IMG/VR virus record: IMGVR_UViG_3300045391_004184
Span: 1-64,000 of that record
Origin: a virus
DNA: 64,000 bases
Strand: one strand, 5' to 3'
Under the pieces are notes generated by a model. The model made no database searches and had not been told where the DNA came from. It saw nothing but the letters and a program-made list of their open reading frames with translations. Shown in pieces: positions 55,688-63,808 of this stretch (the first letter of the stretch is position 1; each line of letters starts with the position of its first letter). Made by a program: the position numbers and the translations under genes.

Positions 55688-55730
55688 AATTCTCCTTATT
55701 ATATCTCTTATATAGTATGTGTTCATATTT

Positions 55731-56033
55731 TTATTTGTCAAGTAACTCATTCATTTTTATGTTAAAGTCTTTATTATGCATTTCTTTTATATTCATTACT
55801 TGTCGTTCATTAAATCCGTATGTTAACCCTTCTTCTGATATTAAATAGATATATCCAACAATATTGATATATTCTGGGGCACTATTTCTTTCATATTTCT
55901 TATTAAAAAAGAAGGTTGCATTATTCTCACTATAACGAAGTTTAAAAACTATTTTATCAATATGAAAAATAGGTTTATAATCATCTAAATCTGTTTCAAA
56001 AGGTATTTTTAAATAATATTCTTCATTATTCAT
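55731..56033 (-). CDS. small protein, C-terminal HxxxFxxKMxxLL family
   Basis: Ends MHNKDFNIKMNELLDK. Confidence 0.65.
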   Translation of the reverse strand: MNNEEYYLKIPFETDLDDYKPIFHIDKIVFKLRYSENNATFFFNKKYERNSAPEYINIVGYIYLISEEGLTYGFNERQVMNIKEMHNKDFNIKMNELLDK

Positions 56034-56352
56034 CTTTTAATAAATCTTCCATTTTAGAAGCAAATTGTTCATCATGCTTTAATTTTGCAAGTTTTTCGGG
56101 CTTTAAATTTTCAGCTTGAAAACCTTCTGTTCCAATCATTTCCCCATCTAGAAAATATGAGATTTGATTATTTTTTGTTTCAACAACTGCTGGTCCTGAA
56201 GGATTATGGAAGTACTTCATAATATGAAATTCTTTAATAAGATCTATCCCTTTTGTTGTTTGATAATTGGGACAAACTTTTACGAATTCTTCCTTAACAG
56301 TTGTTGTAATATGAGGTTGATCATTCCATTTAAAAGTAATAGTTCCGGTCAT
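56026..56352 (-). CDS. small protein, C-terminal HxxxFxxKMxxLL family
   Basis: Ends KHDEQFASKMEDLLKDE. Confidence 0.65.
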   Translation of the reverse strand: MTGTITFKWNDQPHITTTVKEEFVKVCPNYQTTKGIDLIKEFHIMKYFHNPSGPAVVETKNNQISYFLDGEMIGTEGFQAENLKPEKLAKLKHDEQFASKMEDLLKDE

Positions 56353-56675
56353 TTCTCCTCCAGTTTATTAACATTAAAATTTTTATAACAATTATAATTG
56401 TATTTATATTTAAATTCTTTAGAGCCTTCTTCGGCTATTCTAATAGCCATTGCCGCAACTTGTATTGCTTCTGCGAATACATCTTCGGCTTTTTGTTTTC
56501 CTCGGTGCTGATCTATTAAAGCTTGTGATAATTCTCCAACTTCTTCAACCAATGCTGCTAATAAATGTTCATTGGAGGGAAATTTTGTTCTAGCGAAATT
56601 TAATTCCGATTCTACACAATAAATGGTTCTTTGTAATAATGGTTTATCGAATTCCTTATTTAATAACTTTTTCAT
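56349..56675 (-). CDS. MazG-like nucleotide pyrophosphohydrolase
   Basis: LVEEVGELSQAL ... EDVFAEAIQVAAMAIRIAE (E-x2-E / helical MazG pattern). 108 aa. Confidence 0.55.
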   Translation of the reverse strand: MKKLLNKEFDKPLLQRTIYCVESELNFARTKFPSNEHLLAALVEEVGELSQALIDQHRGKQKAEDVFAEAIQVAAMAIRIAEEGSKEFKYKYNYNCYKNFNVNKLEEK

Positions 56676-56953
56676 TACTTTTCCTCTTTTAAAAAGCTAG
56701 CAAATTTTTGATTAAATTCATTATTATGTTCTTCTTTACAATCAATAATACTTTCAGAAGGTTTAGTCCATACAGATTTTTTTCCATTATTAATAAGAAT
56801 GACGTTTCCATTAATTATTTCTCCATCATATTTTTGATCCCAATAATATTTATCTTCATGGGGATGGGCGATAAAATATTCATCCGTTATTCTATTCATA
56901 TTTTTCCAATAATCTTCTTTAAAATAAACTTCTTTATTTAATTTAAATCTCAT
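56675..56953 (-). CDS. small protein, C-terminal HxxxFxxKMxxLL family
   Basis: Ends EHNNEFNQKFASFLKEEK. Confidence 0.65.
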   Translation of the reverse strand: MRFKLNKEVYFKEDYWKNMNRITDEYFIAHPHEDKYYWDQKYDGEIINGNVILINNGKKSVWTKPSESIIDCKEEHNNEFNQKFASFLKEEK

Positions 56954-57309
56954 TTTAAAAGCTCTTCCATTTTTTTACTAAAATCATGTTTATGTAATCT
57001 TTTATCAATCCATTCTTTATTGAATTCCATAGAATCATTAACTCTATCTAAATCATTAGTCTTTTTTAAGGTTTTCGCGTAGAATTTGATTTTGTATACT
57101 TTTTGTCCTTCCACAATATCTTCATATGAAAATGATTCGGTTGATTTTCCAATCGTCATCTTTCTAATTTCTTTTTTACTAATTAAACTAGCAATTAAAT
57201 CGTACATACATTCATATCCGCAGCTATTTAAAAAATAGCTATCAAGTTCTCTATGCTCTTTTTCACAATTTGTACATTTTACAGCAAACTCTAATAGAGA
57301 TTCGGACAT
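56950..57309 (-). CDS. small protein, C-terminal HxxxFxxKMxxLL family (Cys-rich N-terminus)
   Basis: Ends LHKHDFSKKMEELLK. N-terminus contains CTNCEKE...CGYEC. Confidence 0.65.
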   Translation of the reverse strand: MSESLLEFAVKCTNCEKEHRELDSYFLNSCGYECMYDLIASLISKKEIRKMTIGKSTESFSYEDIVEGQKVYKIKFYAKTLKKTNDLDRVNDSMEFNKEWIDKRLHKHDFSKKMEELLK

Positions 57310-58529
57310 TATTTTAACCCCTCAAGTGGGATTGTTTTTCCCAAATGTTTGTACTCGTGCTCTTTATTTCCGCCTTCAGAAATAATCCAAATAACGTCAC
57401 TACTTAATTTAATTTGAGAACCATTATAATAACCATCTGTTAAAATTATAGAAAGATCTGGACAAGTTTTTTTAATAAGTTCTAATGTTGGAAGGGGGTC
57501 TGTTCCTCCTGCCTGTATTTCTTGTTCCTTTAATCTTCCTTTCATTTTATATTTCTTATTATAATAAACATCTGTATGCCATAATGCTAATTGACAATTT
57601 TTACTTCCGGCTTTAAGAAATTCATCAATAATATCTAAAAACTGATTAAGTTCCTTATGTGAAATAGATCCTGAAGTATCAATATACATATTAATTCTAG
57701 GAATTCTACTTAAAGATGTTCCTGGAGCATAAGATCCATATCTTTTATTGGGTCTTTTCCATGAATGTTCTCTATCTTGTGACATTACAGTTCTTTTAAT
57801 AGCCGATCTTAAAATCTGTTTATAATTAAGTTTGGTTAAAAATTTATCCAATTCCTTTAAAAAATCTTGAACATATTCTGGCGCTTGTGAATGTCCAAAT
57901 TGAGTTTTTTCTAAAGTTCTTTGAATAAGATTTTTTGCCTCCCTTGCAAGTCTTTCTTTTTCTTCCTCTGATAATTGTTGCCATAAATGTTCATCGAGAG
58001 TTTGCGGTCCTTCTCCATTTCCTTCTTGGAATTTATCTTTATTAGCTTCTTTATTTTCTAATAACAATTGATAATAAACTTCCATGGATTTATGAATGGG
58101 AAATGGTTGTCCATTTTTTTGTTTCCATTCAGAAACATTAATACATCCTTTTGGAAGTCTTTGAACAATAGCACCATTTTTTTCCTTCTCTGGAATATAT
58201 TGATTAATGGCCATATCTGCTGCAATATTCCACATTTGACGCTCTTTCATATCAATTTCCATTTGCGTCCATCTAAAAATATGTTTATGCAACAAATGTA
58301 ATACTTCATGTTGTAATACTGCGACTCTTTCAGGTTTATCTAATTTTTCAAAAAAGTCAGTATTAAAATACATTTCGTATTTCTGGAGTTTTTCATTATA
58401 TCCAATGGCCGCCGTAGGAACAGTTCTTGTATCAAACTTAAAATTAAGTTCTTGAAGAAATGCCCCAATAAATGGTTCCAGATTTAAAACCTGATAAATC
58501 GCAGATTGTAATTGTTCTTTAATCTTCAT
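57309..58529 (-). CDS. VWA-domain protein with N-terminal putative metallopeptidase domain (DUF2201-type)
   Basis: VLQHEVLHLLHKH (HExxH), NIAADMAINQY, MIDAS-like YIDTSGSIS, GGTD. Confidence 0.75.
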   Translation of the reverse strand: MKIKEQLQSAIYQVLNLEPFIGAFLQELNFKFDTRTVPTAAIGYNEKLQKYEMYFNTDFFEKLDKPERVAVLQHEVLHLLHKHIFRWTQMEIDMKERQMWNIAADMAINQYIPEKEKNGAIVQRLPKGCINVSEWKQKNGQPFPIHKSMEVYYQLLLENKEANKDKFQEGNGEGPQTLDEHLWQQLSEEEKERLAREAKNLIQRTLEKTQFGHSQAPEYVQDFLKELDKFLTKLNYKQILRSAIKRTVMSQDREHSWKRPNKRYGSYAPGTSLSRIPRINMYIDTSGSISHKELNQFLDIIDEFLKAGSKNCQLALWHTDVYYNKKYKMKGRLKEQEIQAGGTDPLPTLELIKKTCPDLSIILTDGYYNGSQIKLSSDVIWIISEGGNKEHEYKHLGKTIPLEGLK

Positions 58530-58752
58530 ATAATTTTACCAGTAATATCCCTTCATAGTATTTAATTGAATTGTATGAGGCATTAAATTCATTATAGAAA
58601 CAGTATTGATAAGGATATTGAACAATCATTGCTGTTTTTTCCTTATAATCTATTACCGTGTAATAAGGATGGACCCTTCCGCCGTCTATTACATAAACCT
58701 CATACCTACAATCCCATTTTAATTTCGCTTTAAGAACTTTCCAGAATAACAT
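58519..58752 (-). CDS. hypothetical small protein
   Basis: 77 aa, between the VWA and MoxR genes. Confidence 0.45.
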   Translation of the reverse strand: MLFWKVLKAKLKWDCRYEVYVIDGGRVHPYYTVIDYKEKTAMIVQYPYQYCFYNEFNASYNSIKYYEGILLVKLYED

Positions 58753-59807
58753 TATTTTGCTAAAATATCTCTTAAGTATTTTCTAACTTCAGGAAAATTT
58801 CCACAAACTCTATCCAAAATTGTTCCAGCTTTTTCTTTGCGTTTAAATTCAAGCTCGGAAATTAAATGGGGTCCTTGATCTGCAGGAATTGCAAGAATTA
58901 CTTTTGCTAATAATTCATCGCTAATTTCTCCATTATCCACAATATCTTTTACGGTAATGGAAATGTGTCCCATTTTATAATTTTGGGGGTCACTGAAGGT
59001 TTTAAGTTTTGCTAGAGATTTTTTCTCTTTATCTAGTAAATCTTTATATCCTACAGGGGCTTCATCATGTTTAAATTGATAAAAAGCTTTTCCAACATTT
59101 TTTCCTAAAACACTTTCATAAATTTCAATTTCCATAATTTCAGGAATACCAGCTTTTAGAGCGGCATTTAATTTAGAAAGGGTTCTTGGAGAAATGTATT
59201 TTGAACCTGCAATAGATCCAACATCTTCTGGTGCTACATATGAAAATGTATTGGTTTCTACAAAACTAACAACAAATGAGTCCCAATCACTCGCTTTCAT
59301 ATGTTCAACAAATGATTTTTTATCATATCCAACTTTAAAGATTTCAAAACGATCTTTTAAAGCGGCGTCCATGTGATTTGTATCATATTGTTCGCCTTCA
59401 GGATTAATACATCCCACAATGATCCATCCTGGAGGTAATTCATAATTATGGACTTTTCTATCAGTCAATAATTGCATGAAAGTGTTCATTACAGAAGTGG
59501 TTCCTCTATTTGGTTCTTCTAATAATAATACTCCTTCACCTTCTGTTGGAAAAAATTCTGGCGTATGATGTTTCGTAACTTGCCTTCCTTTTACAACTTC
59601 AATAGATGGAAAACCGATCAAATCTGGAGATTCCAAATATGCTGCTCGCAAATCAATAAATGGTAAATTATTCTTTTTGCACCATTCTTGGACAATTTGA
59701 GATTTTCCAATTCCTGGAGGACCCTCAAATAGTGGGTTAAATACTAGGTTTTTTTGTCGTGCGCGTCTCGCAAGGTCCATTACATCAAAAATATTCGATG
59801 GTTTCAT
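58752..59807 (-). CDS. MoxR/AAA_5-type ATPase
   Basis: Walker A GPPGIGKSQ, Walker B VLLLEEPNRG, IIVGCINP. Confidence 0.8.
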   Translation of the reverse strand: MKPSNIFDVMDLARRARQKNLVFNPLFEGPPGIGKSQIVQEWCKKNNLPFIDLRAAYLESPDLIGFPSIEVVKGRQVTKHHTPEFFPTEGEGVLLLEEPNRGTTSVMNTFMQLLTDRKVHNYELPPGWIIVGCINPEGEQYDTNHMDAALKDRFEIFKVGYDKKSFVEHMKASDWDSFVVSFVETNTFSYVAPEDVGSIAGSKYISPRTLSKLNAALKAGIPEIMEIEIYESVLGKNVGKAFYQFKHDEAPVGYKDLLDKEKKSLAKLKTFSDPQNYKMGHISITVKDIVDNGEISDELLAKVILAIPADQGPHLISELEFKRKEKAGTILDRVCGNFPEVRKYLRDILAK

Positions 59808-59812
59808 TTCTT

Positions 59813-60040
59813 TTATTCCCCCTTTAGGAATGAGTTAAATTTGTTATTAAAATCTTTATTATGTTCTTCTTTTACACTTTTAAATCTTTCAGGATAATAT
59901 CCAGTTTCTCTATTATCATTATTTATAATAAAAACCTTCCAATTTGTTGAAAATATTACTTTATATATCTTACCTTCAGTAATAAATTTATTATCACCGG
60001 CATTAATGCAAATAACTTCTTCTCCGGCTTTAAACATCAA
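59813..60040 (-). CDS. small protein, C-terminal HxxxFxxKMxxLL family (KOW/SH3-like N-terminus)
   Basis: MMFKAGEEVICINAG... ends EHNKDFNNKFNSFLKGE. Confidence 0.65.
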   Translation of the reverse strand: MMFKAGEEVICINAGDNKFITEGKIYKVIFSTNWKVFIINNDNRETGYYPERFKSVKEEHNKDFNNKFNSFLKGE

Positions 60041-61011
60041 TAATCGCTTCCAATTCCCATTGACATTCTTTTATCTTCAAATCCTTTATGATATTCAAGA
60101 ATTTCTTTATGTAATTCTTCTATTACAACTTCAATTGTTTTATCATGAAGTTTTGAACGAACAATTATTTCTCTAATATCCGCTGGAGTAAAATCATCTG
60201 TTTTTTTAGATTGAATTAATTCCTCAGCTTTAATACTTATCGGTTCTTTTGCAAAAAACTTTAATAATTCTAATCTTTGTGATGAATTTGGACATCCGAC
60301 TTTAATTTTATCATCAAATCTTCCACGTCTGTTTACAAGATTAGATTGAAAATTATTAACATAATTCGTGGTTGCTAGGATAAATACTGGAATTTTAAAG
60401 GTTTTTTCTTGATTATCTAATAATGATAATAGAGAACTATCAGAAGGCATTCTTCTATCTTCCATTTCAACGCCTCCTATATCCTCTACAATCAATATAA
60501 GCTTTTCTGTTCCATCGTATTCAAAGGATTTAATAAAATCTTTAATTTGATGGGATTCATATTTATCGGTATGCCAGATAATTACTGTTGTTTTTCCATC
60601 TGCTACATATTTATTGGCGACCACGTTTATAGCGGTGCTTTTACCGCTTCCAGGGGGTCCATAAAGCAACATTCCTCTTTTGGGAATATCAATACCCATT
60701 TGAGGGTATAAATCTAATTTATTAAAGAAACAATCAATTTTATCGGTAATATTTTGCGTATTTACAAAAGTTTCTAGGATTTTATCGCTTACAAATGAGG
60801 TGGTTTCTAATTTTAGACCTCTGCTAGTTTTTTTAATGCTATATATTCCAGGATGAACTTTATAAGGTTCTAATTGATTTTCATCTTCAATATATTCCAA
60901 TTGGACAAATGTTCCATCAGGGGATAACGATGCATAGTCGCTTTCGTTTATTTTAAAACCTTCAGGAAGTTCGGCTAGTTTTAATTTAGAGCTTATTTTA
61001 AAGTGTCCCAT
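60037..61011 (-). CDS. classical AAA+ ATPase
   Basis: Walker A GPPGSGKST, Walker B LILIVEDIGG, sensor-1 ILATTN. Confidence 0.8.
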   Translation of the reverse strand: MGHFKISSKLKLAELPEGFKINESDYASLSPDGTFVQLEYIEDENQLEPYKVHPGIYSIKKTSRGLKLETTSFVSDKILETFVNTQNITDKIDCFFNKLDLYPQMGIDIPKRGMLLYGPPGSGKSTAINVVANKYVADGKTTVIIWHTDKYESHQIKDFIKSFEYDGTEKLILIVEDIGGVEMEDRRMPSDSSLLSLLDNQEKTFKIPVFILATTNYVNNFQSNLVNRRGRFDDKIKVGCPNSSQRLELLKFFAKEPISIKAEELIQSKKTDDFTPADIREIIVRSKLHDKTIEVVIEELHKEILEYHKGFEDKRMSMGIGSDY

Positions 61012-61271
61012 TATTCTCCCCCATTAATAATCTTATCGGCTTTTTCATAGAAAACTTTAGTATGTTCTTCTTTTTCTGAAATTAATTCACTATAATGAAA
61101 AAGCATATCGCCGTAATTCGCATTGGGGTTTTTTAAACGAACAACTTTTTTATTATTAGTATCATGAACTACTTCATAAAATTCAATAAAATTATATCCG
61201 TAATATTCATTATCTCTAATAATATGATATCTGTGTGGTAATAAATTTACTCTGTTAATTTTATATTTCAT
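61011..61271 (-). CDS. small protein, degenerate member of the C-terminal motif family
   Basis: N-terminal MKYKINRVNLLPHRYH is paralogous to 61268..61516. Ends EEHTKVFYEKADKIINGGE. Confidence 0.6.
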   Translation of the reverse strand: MKYKINRVNLLPHRYHIIRDNEYYGYNFIEFYEVVHDTNNKKVVRLKNPNANYGDMLFHYSELISEKEEHTKVFYEKADKIINGGE

Positions 61272-61516
61272 TTTAACATTTCTTCTATTTTATTATTAAA
61301 ATCTTCATTATGTTCATCTTTTTCGGATATTAATTCACTTGGTCTAAAAATCATATTATGATCAGGTCCTTCAGGACTTTTTAATGAAATTAAACCAATG
61401 TAATTACTATTATTACTTTCATAAAAAGTTTCAAAATCAAAACTAAAATATTTACCATCTAAAATATTATGTCTTCTAAAAGGTGATAAGTTTTCCCTAT
61501 TAAGCTTATATTTCAT
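61268..61516 (-). CDS. small protein, C-terminal HxxxFxxKMxxLL family
   Basis: Ends EHNEDFNNKIEEMLK. Confidence 0.65.
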   Translation of the reverse strand: MKYKLNRENLSPFRRHNILDGKYFSFDFETFYESNNSNYIGLISLKSPEGPDHNMIFRPSELISEKDEHNEDFNNKIEEMLK

Positions 61517-62411
61517 TTAAAATTCTAATATATTCCCTTTCAGTCTCTTCTAAATTTAAATTATATCTGAAATCTTCTACAACATAAGATCTTGTGTCTA
61601 ATGCTGTTAATTTTACGTCCGCATTTCTAGAAATCGCGGGAACCGCACAATGAACTCTTCCACTAATAACTTTATCGGCATTTTTCATAATTTCTAAAGT
61701 TTCTTCCCAGCTTTTTAATACTTTTGGTTCTGGAAGTCCTATTTCTACGGCCTTTAATATTTCTTCAGAAAAAGCACAATATACTTCAGGTTTATATTTC
61801 TTATAGAATTCAAGGTATTGATTATAATATTCATTAAGTTTGTTTTTATCTTTCCAATCATCTTTTGAAATGGTTTTTTGGGGATCGCACCAGATCATTA
61901 TATTATTGAATCTACTAGTTTTTTCATTATTATCATATGCAAAATATGCAGGGCATGGTAATAGTTCATTTTCAATATTTGCATTAATTAATAATTCATT
62001 TGCCAAATGATCTCTTGTAATGATTTTATGGCGCCCGAATAATTTATGCATTCCTTCAATTTCTCTTGTTCTTCTTAATATTTTACTATTAATATCTCCA
62101 AGATTCATACAGGTTCCAATTCCCATAAATAGTTTCTTAGAATCTTTATGTAATTCAAATATGTTTAATAGGTTCTTATATTTTTGGCTTTCTTGAAAAC
62201 TATCCCATAACCAGGGAGTTCCACATACTATTAATATATCATATTTATTATTTAAATACAATTCATTATTTTCCATTGGTTTATGATCATTTAAAAATAG
62301 ATAATCATGGGTATGGGTTTTAAAAGCTTTTGATAATAGATTTTTAATACCTTTAACAATTACGCCATCTGTTGGATTATTTTGATCGGCACCTATTAAT
62401 AGTATATTCAT
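61506..62411 (-). CDS. polysaccharide pyruvyl-transferase-like protein (tentative)
   Basis: ILLIGADQNNPTDGVI ... ITRDHLANELL ... VISGRVHCAVPAISRN resembles the PS_pyruv_trans layout from memory. Confidence 0.4.
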   Translation of the reverse strand: MNILLIGADQNNPTDGVIVKGIKNLLSKAFKTHTHDYLFLNDHKPMENNELYLNNKYDILIVCGTPWLWDSFQESQKYKNLLNIFELHKDSKKLFMGIGTCMNLGDINSKILRRTREIEGMHKLFGRHKIITRDHLANELLINANIENELLPCPAYFAYDNNEKTSRFNNIMIWCDPQKTISKDDWKDKNKLNEYYNQYLEFYKKYKPEVYCAFSEEILKAVEIGLPEPKVLKSWEETLEIMKNADKVISGRVHCAVPAISRNADVKLTALDTRSYVVEDFRYNLNLEETEREYIRILNEI

Positions 62412-62704
62412 TTTAAGAATTCTTCCATCTTATTATTAAAGTCTTTATCATGTATTTCTTTTTCATTCATCAAATAATCTTTATGCCAGCTTCCTAAATA
62501 TTCATTTGAATCATAAATTTCTATACAATCATAAAAATCATCACTTTTTGATCCTTTATATTCTTTTTCATATTCAATTTCAATAATTCTATTTAATTCC
62601 TTAACATAAATTTTAAATCCATTTTTTAACTTTTCATATGATGAATCTTCAGCATCAGATTTAAAAACTTTATCAATTTCTTTTTCCTTAAACATATATC
62701 TCAT
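62408..62704 (-). CDS. small protein, C-terminal HxxxFxxKMxxLL family
   Basis: Ends IHDKDFNNKMEEFLK. Confidence 0.65.
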   Translation of the reverse strand: MRYMFKEKEIDKVFKSDAEDSSYEKLKNGFKIYVKELNRIIEIEYEKEYKGSKSDDFYDCIEIYDSNEYLGSWHKDYLMNEKEIHDKDFNNKMEEFLK

Positions 62705-62955
62705 TTCAAAAAATCTTCCATTTTCTTGTTAAAAGCTTTTTCATGTAAATATTTTTCGGCAAGTTTGAATCTTTTCGCTAAACGAGTTTCCTGTTCACCA
62801 AGTTCTTTTATAATAAGATACTCCTCATTGTGACCATATATTTCAGAAACAGTGTAAACTTTATTTAATTCTAAATCATTAGCCATGAGGGCAACTAAAT
62901 TATTAATTTCGACAGATCCATCAATCATTACTTTATCACCGGCTTTAAATTTCAT
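62701..62955 (-). CDS. small protein, C-terminal HxxxFxxKMxxLL family (KOW/SH3-like N-terminus)
   Basis: MKFKAGDKVMIDG... ends LHEKAFNKKMEDFLK. Confidence 0.65.
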   Translation of the reverse strand: MKFKAGDKVMIDGSVEINNLVALMANDLELNKVYTVSEIYGHNEEYLIIKELGEQETRLAKRFKLAEKYLHEKAFNKKMEDFLK

Positions 62956-63527
62956 AATTTAATAATTGCAACCTGATCTTGTACAAAGTTTATAAGTTTC
63001 TCTGGTTTATCTTTTAAAAATTCATCAACCGCTAATTTTGCTCCAGGACAAGTGGGAGCATTATAATCATCAAATACAATAATTCCATTAGGAACTGTTC
63101 TATTATAAAAGAATTCTAACGATTCTTTAACGGATGTATAAATATCGCAATCTAAATGTACTAAACTAAATTTTTCATCTTTTATGACATCTGATGTTTC
63201 TTTAGGAAATAGTCCTTTATGAAATGATACATTCTTATGGGGTTTTAATAGTTCTTGAACATATTCTAATGAAGTGTTTTTAAAATCACCTTTTTTATGA
63301 AGATCAATACCTTTAATAGATTCTGGCATTCCTTCAAAAGTATCAAATAGATATAAATGTTTATTGGGATTATTTGATGCTAATAAAAAAGCTGTTCCGC
63401 CTTTCCATACACCGACTTCCGCAATAGATCCTGGAAGTTTTTCTGTTTGTTTGCAATATTCCACAAGTTTAAATAAACGTGGCCTGTCAACTACAGTATT
63501 ATTTGTTGCTTCTTTTGGTAAATTCAT
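62952..63527 (-). CDS. TylF/macrocin-O-methyltransferase-family SAM-dependent methyltransferase
   Basis: GSIAEVGVWKGGTAFLLA, LYLFDTFEGMPE, HLDCDIYTS, GIIVFDDYN...CPGAKLAVDEF. Confidence 0.7.
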   Translation of the reverse strand: MNLPKEATNNTVVDRPRLFKLVEYCKQTEKLPGSIAEVGVWKGGTAFLLASNNPNKHLYLFDTFEGMPESIKGIDLHKKGDFKNTSLEYVQELLKPHKNVSFHKGLFPKETSDVIKDEKFSLVHLDCDIYTSVKESLEFFYNRTVPNGIIVFDDYNAPTCPGAKLAVDEFLKDKPEKLINFVQDQVAIIKL

Positions 63528-63808
63528 TTTAATAATTGCTCCATTTTCTGTTCAAATTGTTCATCATGTATTTCTTTTAAACTTATAACAATTCTTTTGG
63601 GAATAGTTAATTTTTTAATTCCATCAACTAAAAGACAAATATGTTCTTCACTATATTTAAAGTCTTTTGACGCTTCTAGTCCTTCATAGTCATTATCATA
63701 TTTCCAATCAATACCACCAAAATGAAATCCTTTCCTGGACCATTTAATAACTGTAACACAACTTTCATATTCTTTTTCAAATAGCTCTTTATGGATTTTA
63801 TATCTCAC
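63524..63808 (-). CDS. small protein, C-terminal HxxxFxxKMxxLL family
   Basis: GTG start (GTGA overlap). Ends IHDEQFEQKMEQLLK. Confidence 0.6.
   Translation of the reverse strand: MRYKIHKELFEKEYESCVTVIKWSRKGFHFGGIDWKYDNDYEGLEASKDFKYSEEHICLLVDGIKKLTIPKRIVISLKEIHDEQFEQKMEQLLK

Noticed and set aside
40944-63808. A motif of about 50 nt (plus-strand TCATTTTAA...TTCCATYTT...) recurring every few hundred bp, superficially like a CRISPR or other repeat array.
   Set aside because: The repeats are the 3' ends of protein-coding genes and are conserved at amino-acid level with synonymous variation. Spacing is irregular (0.25-6 kb). No cas genes or leader are present.
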